Below, in pieces: positions 23,901-38,325 of a DNA stretch of 64,000 bases. The number at the start of each line of letters is the position of its first letter. The stretch's first letter is position 1. The stretch lies in assembly GCF_006345805.1 (NCBI RefSeq), contig NC_043008.1:12772001-12836000 (forward strand), given 5' to 3'. A program made the translations under genes and the position numbers. The stretch is from Octopus sinensis (lineage: Eukaryota). The notes below the pieces were generated by a model that was not told where the DNA came from, did not search any database, and saw only the letters and a list, made by a program, of their open reading frames with translations.

Positions 23901-25189
23901 TATATGATATTTTGAGAACAGGATAAAATTGAAATATTACTTAACAAATAGGAATTGTGGTATAAACAAAATAGTTAAGCGAGAAATAATCTGCCCCACG
24001 ACGCTAGTAGAAGTATAGTTACTCTGTCTTCGATATTGAATTCTGGAATAACAACGAAGTTCATTTATTTGAAGCAGTACTGCAGCTATCTATATGCCTC
24101 AGAATATACAGCTTAGTCACTCGCCATTCGAAGTGAAAATTTCTCCATCCTCCATTTTACCATTTTTCTGTTCAGTGTTTATCACATGTCTATCAACCAT
24201 ACACTGCAATCGAATAAATTTAATACATAGCACACCCAGTAATGTTTGCATTTGTGCCAATGCAAAAATCAACATTTACAATTACAACCTGGTTCTTCAC
24301 ATAAAATATATTTCCACCAGATTTCAGTAGCAAATATTTTGGTTTTCTTTCTTTTTTTTTAAAGTCTGGCAATTTTTCATGAATTTCTGATACGTAATTT
24401 TGGATATAATGCTTCATTTGATATTTAAATAAACATAAGTTAGAATCTAAATGTAAAACGACAGAGCAAATTTTGTTTTTATTAACGTTATTTGTTAATG
24501 CTCGATGGTTGCAAAGCCAAACATTGAAATGCATCACAATGGTAATTGCAGTTATTGCAGAAAGAAATGTAGACGCTTTGTCATTTCTGTTACTAACAAA
24601 TGGAAGTTTAGCATGTGTTCTTTAAGCAAAGGTCAGGCGATTATAGTCAGAAAGGAAATTTCATCATTCGACTATCTCTCGTTCATTTTATAACGTTTAT
24701 TTCATTCATTTTCGAATTTTTTTTTCCCTCAGACAACACTTAAGCTAAATAATGGCCTAGGAGTGGTACAATAATTGAATTGAAATCTGTAGATTTTATG
24801 CCAAATGTACTGAATTTTGAAATATAATTTTCATTAACACGCTGGCTCTAATTTACGCCATTCTTCCAATCCTGCCACCTTTCAAAGCATTATTCGCATA
24901 ACGTTTCTTTCTTCGCTTTACATCGTCCCCCAAAAACATATACACAAATTTAATAATATTAACCACAAATTCTTTGACCTTACTTGTCCTCAACACAACA
25001 GAAAAAATTATTTATTACAGTTTTTGTCGATCTCGACTACAGGCAAGAGGTTATATTGTACACACGCCGTGAGAATTAAGGCATGGAAATCTACTAAAGT
25101 TTGTTCTGTAACGGAGACATGGCGAGGTTGAGTTCATTGCAAACTGTGAGATTTGAACAATGCATTTATGCAAATTACACACACACTCG

Positions 25190-25245
<56 letters not shown>

Positions 25246-25615
25246 GAGAGAGTGAGAGAGATACATGTATACATGATATATAATACAATATACCATATAG
25301 ATAATATATATACATATGTAAATACATACACATGTACACACATACATACATGCATGCATGCATATATACATACATATGTACATACATACATAGAAAAACC
25401 ATTGACTTCAGTGATAAACACACCGAATCACCGAACTATAAAAAAACATGGCTTCTTTAATTTCCTTTGGCATTATTGATTTTTATATAAAGGCACAAAG
25501 CCAAAATTAAATGTGTCTGTGCAGGCATAATTGTATGTGTACGTATGTATATATGTATATATGTGTATATGATATATATATATATATATATATATGTATA
25601 TTACACATATATAAT

Positions 25616-25646
<31 letters not shown>

Positions 25647-25938
25647 TATATTTATAATATATATTAGACATATACAAAATATATGTATGTACATAAGTCT
25701 ATGTGTATGCATGTGTGTGTATACGTGTATGTATATAAATATTTATGTATTTATATATATATATATATTGCACACACACCACATACATATCATATAAATC
25801 TATCGATTTGTCATTTTGTCTGCGTGTCAGTCTGTCTGTGTATCTATCTATCTCTCTTGTCTCTCTCCCTCTATCTATCTATCTATCTGTCTGTCTATTT
25901 CTCTCAACCATCGTTCTAGCTATCTATTATATAGATAG

Positions 25939-26021
<83 letters not shown>

Positions 26022-26124
26022 TATATATATATATGTATATATAGAATAGATATAGATATAGATATAGATATAAATCTATTATATATATATATAAATATGT
26101 ATATAGATATATACATATATATAC

Positions 26125-26161
<37 letters not shown>

Positions 26162-26708
26162 AATGCATGTATACACACACACACACACATATATATATTT
26201 ACACATACACACACACAATCACACACGCATATATCCATGGGAGAAACGTTATTTTTAACGTTTATTTATGCGTGTATATGCATATGATTGTCTTAGATTG
26301 CCATTATATTGAGAAACTTCGTGTGCTCACGTGTGAGTGTGCACGTGTGTCTGTCTGTGAGTGCTTGGGAGGAGGTGAGTGTGACGGCGTGCCTCTGTTG
26401 GCGAGGGTAAACATCGATGAGTGATAAAAAAATAAACATAGGGAATTAAAATTATTTTTATGGTGCATTGCGCACTCAGAGTGTATTTCTTTTTAATAAA
26501 AAATGTAAGAGCAGTGGATAAAACACTGAACATTTATGCATATAGTAAGTATATGAAATCTAAGAGCTTACGACCTTACTATGTCTGGTGTATTGTATCG
26601 AAAGCATAGCTTTCAAGTGATACACCAAAAAGTCACATAATATGCATGCACCTATTTATATATATCTTTATATCTATATGTATGTGTGTATATATATATA
26701 TACACACA

Positions 26709-27114
26709 AACCACATGGACCCAGGTTCAGTCCCACTGCGTGGAAACTTGGGCAAGGGAACTCAACTATAGCCTTGGGCCGACCAAAGCCTTGTGAGTGG
26801 ATTTGGTAGACGGAAACTGAAAGAAGCCCGTCGTAGATATGTATATATATATATATGTATGAATGTATGTATGTATGTATGTATGTATGTATGTATGTAT
26901 GTGTATATGTTTGTGTGTCTGTGTTTGTCCCCCCAACATTGCTTTTAAAACCGATGCATGCTTTTCTACGTCCACGTAAAATTAGCGCTTCGGCAAAAGA
27001 CCCCGATAGAATAAGTACTAGGCTTACAAAGAATAAGACCTGGGGTCAATTTGCTCGACCAAAGGCGGTGCTCCAGCATGGCCGCAGTCAAATGACTGAA
27101 ACTAGTAAAAGCGT
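26709..27114 (+). mobile_element. SINE family A, 5'-truncated
   Basis: Matches the consensus from aaccacatgg onward. Confidence 0.9.
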
Positions 27115-27218
27115 ATATAATAGCTACTCTCCAATTTACGTGGGATCTGAGTTCCGATGTTTCAATACATTTCTTTGTCATGCGGGTAAGTTGTCCTCAG
27201 CATTGTGTGGTGTGTATC

Positions 27219-27282
<64 letters not shown>

Positions 27283-27327
27283 ATATATATATATATATAT
27301 ACATACACACACACAGACACATATATA

Positions 27328-27561
27328 CGAGCTGGCAGAAATGTTTAGCATGCCAGGCGAAATGCGTGGGCGTATTTCGTCTGTCGTTACGTTCTGAGTT
27401 CAAATTCCGCCGAGCTCGACTTTGCCTTTCATCCTTTCGGGGCCGATCACATAAGTACCAGTTACGCACATGGTGTCGATATAATCGACTTAATCCGTTT
27501 GTCTGGCCATGTTTGTCTCTTCTGTGTTTAGCCCCCTTGTGGGTAGTAAAGAAATAGGTAT
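27328..27561 (+). mobile_element. SINE family B monomer
   Basis: cgagctggcagaaatgtttagc...aaagaaataggtat. Confidence 0.9.
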
Positions 27562-28419
27562 GTTTTCTTATTCAATTTCCCTCATATCTTGTCATTCGCT
27601 TCAATCTCATATCTCAGAAATTCCCTATGCGCGCCAGTGTGAGTGTGTAAGTGAGTGTGTGTAAGCAAATGTATATGTGTGGGTGTGTGCCTGTTGCATG
27701 CATTAACCCGAAGTATTAATCCCCAACGATGTTATCTCTTAAGGTTAATCCTCTTTCTACTAATTCTTTCTTGTCTCATTCTGTAAGAGGAGTTTCAACT
27801 CTTTATAGTTTATTTCTTTAAATAACTGTCTGATGGGGCTTTCATTCTTGTTACTTCCTTTATAGACATAATCCTAATTGTTTTAAATCTTATGTTGATT
27901 GATTAATGGTTTTCAGGCCATTTTTCGCGTAAAATTTTGTTTTCCATTTCTGTTGTAACTCCTAAACGTATAAATGCTTGCTTGAGGCTTGCTAGGTCGC
28001 AGATGGCTTGATGCCTTATTGGGAGTGATTTCTAATAAAAGTAGTGAGTCACCTGCTGGGTTCTGAAAAAAAAAAAAATAATAATAATAATAGTAATAAT
28101 AATAATGATAATCTCAAATTGGAAATAAAATGAAAGAAAATGGCGCTGCGTTAAAGAATGAAATCTGTTTCAATGTTTACGTGTGCTTTTAATTTGTGTC
28201 AGCTGGTGATCTCCACTATCTGAAACACTGCATCGCTAATGTAGTTTTAGAATCTGTTGCCATTATGGTTACAGCGAAAAATATATTTAGGATAATTGAG
28301 TAAATGGAAAAATCTTCAGGGTGGGTGGGGACTAAATTAAAAATATATATATAAAACTTTCGGCTATTAACTGTATAGGTTAATGTAAAAGAGCTGTCTG
28401 AAATAGTGTAATGATCAAA

Positions 28420-29050
28420 GTAGCAACCTTTTGTATTAAGGCAATGTAAATTAAGCGACGAGGCACCAAGTGTTGATGAAAATAATGTAGCTACATTTAA
28501 AGAAATGCTGTATAATATTGTTTGTGACCATCTAGGAACTCAAGTTACTTTATCTTTGGTATTTAGCGTAAGGACATCTTGAAAGATCAATTAGAATCTG
28601 TTGAGATTGGATGGAAATGATTTCACAAAATGGTTTCTGGCTTAAGACGTTAGTAAAAGATGGATTGACTGACAGACCAGTCTGTTTGTGTTATAAGACT
28701 TAGTATTCTTAATATGTTATAGAGAATTAGATTCTAGGCACTTTCATAAAGTATCGGAGTAAGACGTAACTGCTTCAGATTAACTCTCCACTGTATCCAT
28801 GGCTCAAATTTTATACATAGCATTAAACACAAGAAGAAAATACAACAATATTTTCATTAAAAATGTATTATCTCCTGCCTACATGATAATCAGATCTATT
28901 TTGGATTCCACATTTGCTCCATTGGGATATCTTTCAGCGCAAGCAATCTTATAAAGATAGATCTCTTTTTTTCTCCTTATTTCTTTTGTAACATTTTCAA
29001 CCTCAGAGGCTTTTCTTTTAAGGGTCTTAAAATCGCTTTTGAATCTTCAA
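28420..29050 (+). pseudogene. Possible highly decayed LINE reverse-transcriptase N-terminal region
   Basis: Frame-broken motif traces APSVDEI..LK (cf. APGxDxI) and DRPVCL..YK (cf. YRPISL). Confidence 0.3.
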
Positions 29051-30279
29051 CCCTGAATCTACAGTTCGAAGTTAGCGTATGATAAATGGTGTAGATTCGA
29101 TATGTGCAGAATTAGGTGTTGCATCAACTATGTGCAAATAGCATTTTATCTTTGATCTGTCAAAGAGTGTGTTTTAAAGGAAATTCGATGAAAAGAAAAT
29201 TATATTCATTTTATGATCCACCTGCCGGTAAATTTTCCTGCAGGCTTTCTCCTTTGCTTCGATTCCTTTGAACTTCCTGACAAAGGTTTCAGAACGGAAT
29301 TTCAACCAGCAAAGTTTCAACCAGAGAAAGGACGTGGCTATTAAGAACATCGACAATCAAATAAGTATTAAAATTACTACCCACAGTTTCACCAAATATA
29401 AAGAATCACTGTTATTTGTGCAAAATATTTTCTGAGATAGCCTTCTCTGTTACAAGCTGTTTATGCAGAAAATGCTCCACGTATTTGTTTAAACTGATTC
29501 TTTGTTCGTGCTGCGTTCAGTAACAATAAAAATATATTGACTCGTAACTAGGAATATGCTCAGAAAATTACGTTCAATGTTCCTACACCAGAAAACCCGT
29601 TTGTTGTCAAAGTTGATGCATTGATTCCATTTTGTCAAAGAGCTGACTTGGTAAATAAGTCTTGTTTCTTAATATTCCACACTGTCTAAATGCTATCTCA
29701 CACATTTGTCGTCGAGGTTCCAGGGTTTAAAGATTAAATTTTAACATTGAATACACGAATTTTCCTGTCACACACACACACGCACACACACACAGACATA
29801 GGCACACAGACACACACACATACACACACATGCGCGCGTAAAAAATCACAGGATACGGCTTAATATTACGCATTTGAAGTTGAGCAGAATTTACACGGAG
29901 GTTATATAAGATTGTAATTTTGAACATCAATCTGAAAATAATTTACAACCACAAGACTTGTCTGTGGTCAAGCGAATTAAGTCAAAGGTCAGGCACATAT
30001 TCACAAAGTACCAAAATATATGTCTCTATTAAATCGATTATCAATATATTTATGCATCTATATTTGTATACACATACGTACGCACACACATATACATGCG
30101 CACACAAGGCTTTTACTGAATATAGTGCAAAAGTTTGTGCATAAATGTTGGATTAACTGAGATTGTACGTTGAATATACACATTTACAAACGTTGATAGA
30201 TTAAATCTCTATATTAAATTAGTTTCCTGTTTTTCTTTGGTGCATTCTAATAATGGGTTCCACGCTAAAGCAACACACT

Positions 30280-30710
30280 GTTATTTAAGTCCCGAAGGAA
30301 GGGCACAGACTGTCCTATTTTAACAGAAGACTACCGAATTGATCTTTGCAGATATGACATCATTAATAAGGTCAATGTGCACAGGTGTATGAAGAAAATT
30401 AGAGAAAGGCAGGCAAGCACTGAGAATGAAAAAAACGCCATGAAAGACCATGAACTGTGACCACGTATGAGATTCAGCAACGAGTGGACAAATGTATTCA
30501 CATAAACAGAGGTTCCATCATTAGCGAGCTTGGTGCAAAGCTGGCCAGGGGTCACAATGTATTTCAGACGATAATAGAATGATTTGAGCCTGGAAAGTGT
30601 GAGTAACGCTACAAGAAAGGGTAAATTTTCTGATATATTGAAAGCATTTGGCACTAATGATAACTCGTCTTGTTCCGATCTGGACACATGGTATAACAGT
30701 GGGCCTACCA
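30280..30710 (+). pseudogene. Possible decayed LINE RT fragment
   Basis: Traces DYRIDL (cf. NYRxISL) and FSDILKAFGT (cf. FxDxxKAFDxV) in plausible order. Confidence 0.3.
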
Positions 30711-31135
30711 TTATGTATATAAGAGTGCATACATATCTATATAATCAGGTATATATATATATATATATATAAATTTATAAATAAGGATAATAATTATTCA
30801 ATAATATTTTTTGCTAGTCTATTTTGTCCCTCTGTCTTATCTCATGGTACGATATGATCATTTAACGTGGTTTTTAAAGTCAGGGTTGTGACTGCTATTT
30901 CGGCATGGTGGTGTCTCTCAGATACCTTATTTTTAGTTATATATATATATATACATATAATATATATATATATATATATAAAGAGAGAGAGAGAGATGAG
31001 TGTACTTTTACCTTGTTAACAATTAACACACAAAAAATAAGTAAATAGTTACTAGGGGAGCAAATAAACTCCATATAATTTTTCATATATATATATTATA
31101 TATCCTTATGTATTATATATATATATATATATATA

Positions 31136-31191
<56 letters not shown>

Positions 31192-31545
31192 AAGCTTGTA
31201 TGTATATACCCAAATGTTTCTAAGCATGTATTATGCACGTATCTGTATACACAAATCCAAACGTGAGTTTGCATAAAGACTACATCAAATAAAGTCGATA
31301 CAGAAATGTTGGCTCTGATTAATTCTTCCTTAATTGCATTGCACTATATACTGTTCTTTGTCGCAATGTACATTGATGCACAATCGCAGGCGTGTGTGAG
31401 CGCGTGTGAGCATGTGTAACTCTATTCCTCTTTGCGTGTGTAGCTGAGAGTCTACAATGAAGGTTATGCACCGAAGTTCATGCATGTGTGTAATAGGACA
31501 CACGTATATGCCAAACCATTAATAGAAAAACGTGACCCACTCATA

Positions 31546-31546
<1 letters not shown>

Positions 31547-31644
<98 letters not shown>

Positions 31645-31645
31645 C
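31547..31645 (+). repeat. (TATC)n microsatellite
   Basis: Directly visible. Confidence 0.95.
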
Positions 31646-32142
31646 TATATATATAATATTATATATATATATAGTATATATACATATATATATGTTCGTG
31701 TGTGTGTGTAGATATATATATGTATGTATATGTATATATATATATATACATATATATATATAATATATATATATATATACATATATACATATGTATTCAG
31801 GTACACACGCACACATGCACAATTATATATGTATATATATGTGTGTATATATGTATATATATATATATATATATATAGACTATATATAGATATAAATATA
31901 TATCTATCTTATACAATATATATATATATATATATAATATATATATATATATATAATATATATTCAGACATGCTTATGAATGAATATGCCGACATCTCTA
32001 TCTTTATATGCATAAGTATTTACTCATATGTATATGTGTATAATACATTTATGCTACATAGATAAAATGTGTATACATATACATATACAATTATCCATAC
32101 TCACACACATGAATATATATATATTATATATATATATATATG

Positions 32143-32180
<38 letters not shown>

Positions 32181-33788
32181 TATGTATATATATATATGTA
32201 TATATATATATGTATGTATGTATGTATATGTTTGGAGCGCTTTAATGCACTTGTAAATATAAGGATACGTGCGTTTCCACTTGTCTGTACGTTTCGCTCT
32301 TTATTCCATGCACACTTCACTGAAGAGAGATATTGTCGATCTAGTCATGCGTACGTATCAGGCTATTTCCTATAAAAGTAAAGGTTACTCTCCGACAATC
32401 ATAATGTTACGACACTCGAGCTCCCACTCAAATTAATTCTACTTGTATCATTTCAGCATCATTTATCAAAGTCGGAAGAAGTTACTGAAAATGTTAAAAA
32501 GATATTTGTTTAAGCGTAGACACGCTTACGCTCACACACAGAGATATATACAAACAAACACACACATACATAGACACACACACAGTTACACACACACACA
32601 CACACACAACACATGATACCAGTTTAACTCAAATACACATAACTTTAAGTTTTAGGGCTATAGGACACACCCAGGCCGTTAGATGTTTTAAGAGTTCGGA
32701 GAGATGTTTAAAAAGAACTTTTAATGGATTTCAGATATTTAGGCGCCCATTGGTCAGTTTCGATTACGTAAAGAGCCTAGTTCTCATAACGGCCATATAT
32801 ATATATATATATATTTCGATTTTGGATTTGGTTTGCCAGATTCCTTGTATGATTTCATATGTTGAAGTGCAGCAAAATTTAGATTCAAATGAATATGGTA
32901 CGTAAGTCAGAGGCACCACAATTGTGTATGGTATTATCCATATAAATGTATATATGTATGTATGTATGTATGTATATGTATATATATTATGAAGTATACG
33001 TGGTGGAATCGTCCAATAGGGATGGGGGTGTTACATTTCGGTGCTTTTAACCTATGAATCTAATAGATATACCTTCTCGAGACGAATATCGCAATATCAG
33101 ACTATCAACAATATATATGCTATAACTATGATACACAAATTTCTATTTTCAACTAATACTGCTTTCGTCACTAATAAAGAAAATGAATATTTATTCAACA
33201 TTCCAGCTAACTGCAATATCATTGATTTTCAATCATTGTTTAAATCCATAAGTAGCCGTCGAATGTATCTAAGTAAATGATGCCAGTGAACATTTGTTAT
33301 TAGTGAAGCACAAAAATGCAGAAATTCGTATTGAAGAACACCATTGCTCTAAACAGTTGTCTAACAAATTTAAATATCTCCCTATGGTGGCATTCTATGT
33401 TTTTTTGTCTGGTGAGAAAAATTTCAAACAAGAGCAAATGTCTAACAGGAATTATGTCAGATAGTTGTATGCAGCTAATGCTGGTGTCCCCTAACTGATG
33501 CCATCTTGACTTTCAACAGCTATGATGCTTTTAGATGTGGTGACTGATAATGGGCATGACATGCTACCTCACATTTTCCACAAGCTACCTTAATTAATGG
33601 TGGTGGATACGTTGTGAAGCTGGAGGATTTTAAACCTTAGATGGATGAAATCCGCAGTAATGGAATGCGCATTTGAACAAGATTCAGCAACTTATCTCAC
33701 AGCCCGTATAATTCATTAATAGATATCAATAATTACGATTATTTAACTGCAAACTTTTTCTCTCAAACTCAACAGATTTGTATACAAT

Positions 33789-34061
33789 ATACCTATTCCT
33801 TTACTCAGAACCTAACGGCAGACGAAATACCTATTTCTTTACTACCCACAAGAGGCTAAACAGAGAAAACAAACAAGGACAGACAAACGGATTAAGTCGA
33901 TTATATCGACCACAGTGCGTAACTGGTACTTAATTTATCGACCCCGAAAAGAATGAAAGGCAAAGTCGACCTCGGAGGAATTTGAACTCAGAACGTAACG
34001 GCAGACGTAATACGGCTACGCATTTCGCCCGGCGTGCTAACGTTTCTGCCAGCTCGCCGCC
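33789..34061 (-). mobile_element. SINE family B with truncated second unit
   Basis: Full monomer 34061-33831 joined at GTATTT to a short second unit. Confidence 0.9.
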
Positions 34062-34189
34062 TCAAACACATCTGGTTTTTGTTTGATTATTGTTGCTTTA
34101 TTAAAGTATCAGATATTCCTATCAATCTGTCTGTCTGTCTGACTGTATGTCTGCTTATCTATATATACACTGACACACACACATATACT

Positions 34190-34400
34190 GTTTCAGTCAT
34201 TAAACTGCGGCCATACTGGGGCACAGTTTTAAAGGATTTTAGTCGAATGCATCCACGTCGGTACTTAATTCTTTGAAGACTTGCATGTATTCAATCGTCA
34301 CCTTTGCCGAACCGCTACTCAGCGAGTTTAGACACAGTAACACCAGTTGTCGAGAAGTGGCGCCACGCAGTGGGGTTGAAACCCGGACATTCCGAAGATG
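34190..34400 (-). mobile_element. SINE family A, degenerate and internally deleted
   Basis: tttcagtcattaaactgcggccatactgg...ccacgcagtggggttgaaacccgg. Confidence 0.7.
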
Positions 34401-34519
34401 GCTTAGCTGACAAAAACTACGAGGTCACAATCAATACCATTTTTGTGATAGTATCACTCGCTTTCATTCACTCCCACTCTATATCTACCTCTCTATCTAT
34501 CTACTGTCTATCGATACAC

Positions 34520-34706
34520 ACACGAATACATATATGTATACATACATACATACATATATATACACACACACACACACCACACACATATATATATATATAT
34601 AATATATATATATACATACATACACACATATATATATATATATATTTACACAAGAATATGTATAAATATATATATGCATACATACATATAAATATGTATA
34701 TATATG

Positions 34707-34772
<66 letters not shown>

Positions 34773-34901
34773 TATATATATAGTGATATATATATAGATA
34801 CACACATGTATACATACATATATATATGTTTATATAATATATATATGCATATATATATATATATAATATATATATTATATATATATACATATGCATATGT
34901 A

Positions 34902-34944
<43 letters not shown>

Positions 34945-34950
34945 CACATT
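34520..34950 (+). repeat. Long (TA)n-rich microsatellite
   Basis: Directly visible. Confidence 0.95.
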
Positions 34951-35615
34951 GTGAAGGACCTCTATTTGAAGTAACACTTAAAAATTCCAGGTTCAGCTTT
35001 ATGAATCGTATGAATGGAAGACAATAAATCCTTTTAACTGATCAATAGTCGCGGAGGAGTCAGTTTGATCGTTTCTTAATAAAGTACTTAAATGCAAACT
35101 GCTACAAGAATATCCACGAGAAATTCTTGGAGATGTCTTGTTGATTTACTACTAAATAGAGGATAATGCTTCTGCATCTGGAATCGACAATCTTCTTTAT
35201 GATACCGCTGCATTGTTATTACAAAAGAAAAATTTCTATTTTGTTGTTTTAGTTCTTTTTTTTTTCTCTCTCTCTAAACCAGCGGTTCAAGGATTACATG
35301 AAATCTCTGCTTATTCATATTGTGTCATATTGCATGGATGGGTTCGTGATTGAGAATGTAAAATCAGAACAAATATGTATATATATATAAAAAACGTTCA
35401 CGCTGCATGTGGCAAGGTCAGAATATTTTAAGGTAGATATTAAAGTGGAAATTGCTGAACAAAGACTACCAAACTCTCTGTAAACTTAACGTTCAAACGA
35501 AAAGATGTGAGTCAAAAGTACATTTAAACCAGTGCATACCTTATTACTGATCAGCTACACATACAGGCATTCTTATTTGCCTTCTGTATTACATGCGAAC
35601 ACATAATATATATAC

Positions 35616-35654
<39 letters not shown>

Positions 35655-35954
35655 GTATATACACTGATACACATGCACATAGACACTTATATACATTTAC
35701 ATATATATATATATATATATATAGTTATATATATATGTATGTATACACATGTACTTATATACATATATATGTGTGAATGTTTGAACGTGTGTGTGTGTAC
35801 ATGTCTTTTAGAAGCAGTAGTACTAATTCCATATGGTGCGTATGTAAATAATGCTATGTGGATGTACATACGTATATAGATATAATTATTTTATACTGGT
35901 ACTAAAGCGCGTCAATTAGGCTTTTTACAATCATTCAATGTTATATATATATAT

Positions 35955-36152
35955 GATAGATCGTTAGCTCCTACACGCATTTTTTTCTCTACTTTTTTCT
36001 CGCCTTGTTTTTTTTACTGTGTGTAACTGTCGAAGAGCGTAGGCTCGAACCGTAAAAGACTTGTTCTATTTCTATTCCTGGCGCCATACTAATACTTTGT
36101 TGTTTGTACTCCACCTTCTTCGTTTCTTGTTTATTTTCGTAAACCTTCCCGT
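35955..36152 (+). mobile_element. Short hammerhead-bearing element (subfamily H2) between (TA)n tracts
   Basis: CTGTCGA-A-GAGC-GTAG-GCTC-GAAC-CG-TA-AAAG at 36027-36058; homologous to 38090-38278 and 45465-45600. Confidence 0.65.
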
Positions 36153-36187
<35 letters not shown>

Positions 36188-36189
36188 GT

Positions 36190-36350
36190 TCTTTTATCCT
36201 TTTACTTGCTTCAGTCATTTGAATGCGGCCATGCTGGAGTGCCACATTAAAGACTTTTTAGTTCGAAGAAATCGACCCCAGGACTTATTGTTTGTAAACC
36301 TAGTCATTATTCTATCGGTTTCTTTTTTTTTTTTTGCAGAACCGGTAAGT
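36190..36350 (-). mobile_element. SINE family A 3' end
   Basis: tttacttgcttcagtcatttgaatgcggccatgctggag... Confidence 0.8.
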
Positions 36351-36757
36351 TGCGATTTCTGGACTTAAAACAGCAATTTTACCAGGACATTAGAAAGTTT
36401 AGTACCCCACAAAAACCCTCCTAGATAAAACTTTCCCTACACCTCCCTCAGTCAAAAACAAGTCTATTTCAACATTCATCCACGACGACGAAGCTAAATA
36501 ACTTAATTTCCTTTTCACTAACCTAAACGGTTTTGCTTAGAGTTGGTTATGTAAATGTTTGAAGCCTGGCTTCAGTTTGGAAGCAAGGTCGCCTGATTTA
36601 ACTGTGGCTGCCATTATTGAGACCAGAGTTTCAAGTAATCATGCTCTTATATTCATTGTCACAACATTACTACCAAGAATACCAAGACTTACACACGCAC
36701 ACATATACATATATGCGCACACACACATTCACACTCGCCTACGCACACACCCACATA

Positions 36758-37133
36758 TACTCTTTACTCTTTTACTCTTTTACTTGTTTCAGTCATTTGA
36801 GTGCGGCCATGCTGGAGCACCGCCTTTAGTCGAACAAATCGACCCCAGGACTTTGTAAGCCTAGTACTTATTCTATCGGTCTCTTTTGCCGAACCGCTAA
36901 GTTACGGGGACATCGGTTGTCAAGCGATGTTGGGAGGACAAACACAGACACACAAACACACACACATATATATACATATATACGACAGGCTTCTTTCAGT
37001 TTCCGTCCACCAAATCCACTCACAAGGCTTTGGTCGGCCCGAGGCTATAGTAGAAGACACTTTGCCCAAAGTGCCACGCAGTGGGACTGAACCCGAACCA
37101 TGTGGTTGGTAAGCAAGCTACTTACCACACAGC
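36758..37133 (-). mobile_element. SINE family A, near full length
   Basis: Reverse complement of the consensus with (TAAAAGAG)n tail. Confidence 0.9.
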
Positions 37134-37158
37134 GCGTGTGAGTGTGTTTGAAGCAGTG

Positions 37159-38063
37159 GTAGTGTTATCAAAATGTTCTCAGACTAGTTATGTTTTATAA
37201 AAAACTCACTTATTTAACCTAATTTTTAACATCTCCTTCGGAATAGTCCCCTTGCACAGCAATACATTGGTTCCAACGTTCCTGCTACTTTAAGAATCCG
37301 GCCTGGAAATCGTTTTCCGCAAGCGAGTCTAGTCCCTTTTCGATTCACTCTCGACCTCAGCATCGGTGTTAAAACGGCGACCTTTTAGTTGCATTTTCCT
37401 CTACGAGAAGAGACGGAATTCCGCAGGTGCTAATAGGGTGGGTGCGGAAGCGACACTGTGTTGTTTTTGGCGGGAAACTCAAGAGAGAGGAGAGGTCGGT
37501 GACAGGGTGCAATATGGTCATGAAATGTTCATTTTTCCGTGCGCCACAAATCCAATCGCTTTTGGCGTACACCCTGCCTCACACGCTTCAAAACGTCGCA
37601 GTAGAACTCTCAACGTCTGGCCTTGGGGGACGATTTCTCGATGCACAATACCACGTTTCCAGGAGTAACGCTCGTGGTAGATCTTCCAGATCGCCCATCT
37701 TCTTCCAAGTACGTTCTTCCACTTTCGAAACGACTGTACCCTCGAAAATTTGCGTAAAATCCATTGCTTTGTCCGTCGCTTTAAGCTTACCGAAGCATGC
37801 TCAATGACTTTGTAGCAGACTTCCCCAAGTTTAATGCAAATTTTCACGTTGGCTCTTTGTTCCTGTCCATGAAAAAATCGCAATTTTTAACATACGTGTG
37901 ATCAAAAAGGCAAAAATTTCACAACTTTCGAAGTAAACTCAGTAAAGTCACTCGGCTCAATGCCTCATGAAGATCACTGTCAGCTCTCTCTGCGTTGGCA
38001 AACGAGTGATGCCATCTGTTGGCACGCTACCAATTTAGTCCGGCAACCTATAGATACCACCTA
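37159..38063 (-). mobile_element. Decayed, internally deleted mariner element
   Basis: Minus strand: EQRANVKICIKLG..., GIVHREIVPQGQT, LPHPPY, LKGRRFNT, WNQCIAVQGDYSEG. Degenerate TIRs gtgttatcaaaatgttctcagacta / tagtccggcaacctatagataccac. Confidence 0.85.
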
Positions 38064-38089
38064 CACATACATATAGACACAGATACATA

Positions 38090-38277
38090 CAGATAGATCC
38101 CTAGCCATTACACATTTATTATTTTCTCTCCTTGTTTCTTTCTGTGTCCCTCTGTGTGGAAGAGCGTAAACTCGAAACGTGAAAGACATTTCTCACTTCT
38201 CGAGCGTTATACTAATACATCTGTTTGTTGTCTATACCACCTGTCTTCGTCTTTTGTTTTCTTTTGTGAATTCTCCC

Positions 38278-38278
<1 letters not shown>
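38090..38278 (+). mobile_element. Short hammerhead-bearing element (subfamily H2), ending in (TA)n
   Basis: CTGTGTGGA-A-GAGC-GTAA-ACTC-GAAA-CG-TG-AAAG at 38152-38185. Confidence 0.65.

Positions 38279-38325
<47 letters not shown>

Noticed and set aside
30331-30711. 126-aa hydrophobic minus-strand ORF, GPCR-like at a glance
   Set aside because: No recognisable receptor motifs or splice context; the opposite strand shows decayed RT-like traces instead.
32674-32794. Tiny MITE with ggccgtta/taacggcc ends
   Set aside because: Only an 8-bp inverted match, no TSD and no second copy in the window.
33300-33700. Possible decayed helicase or transposase coding relic (also 9950-10240 and 24200-24700)
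   Set aside because: I could not recover ordered diagnostic motifs by eye; needs tBLASTx/HMM.
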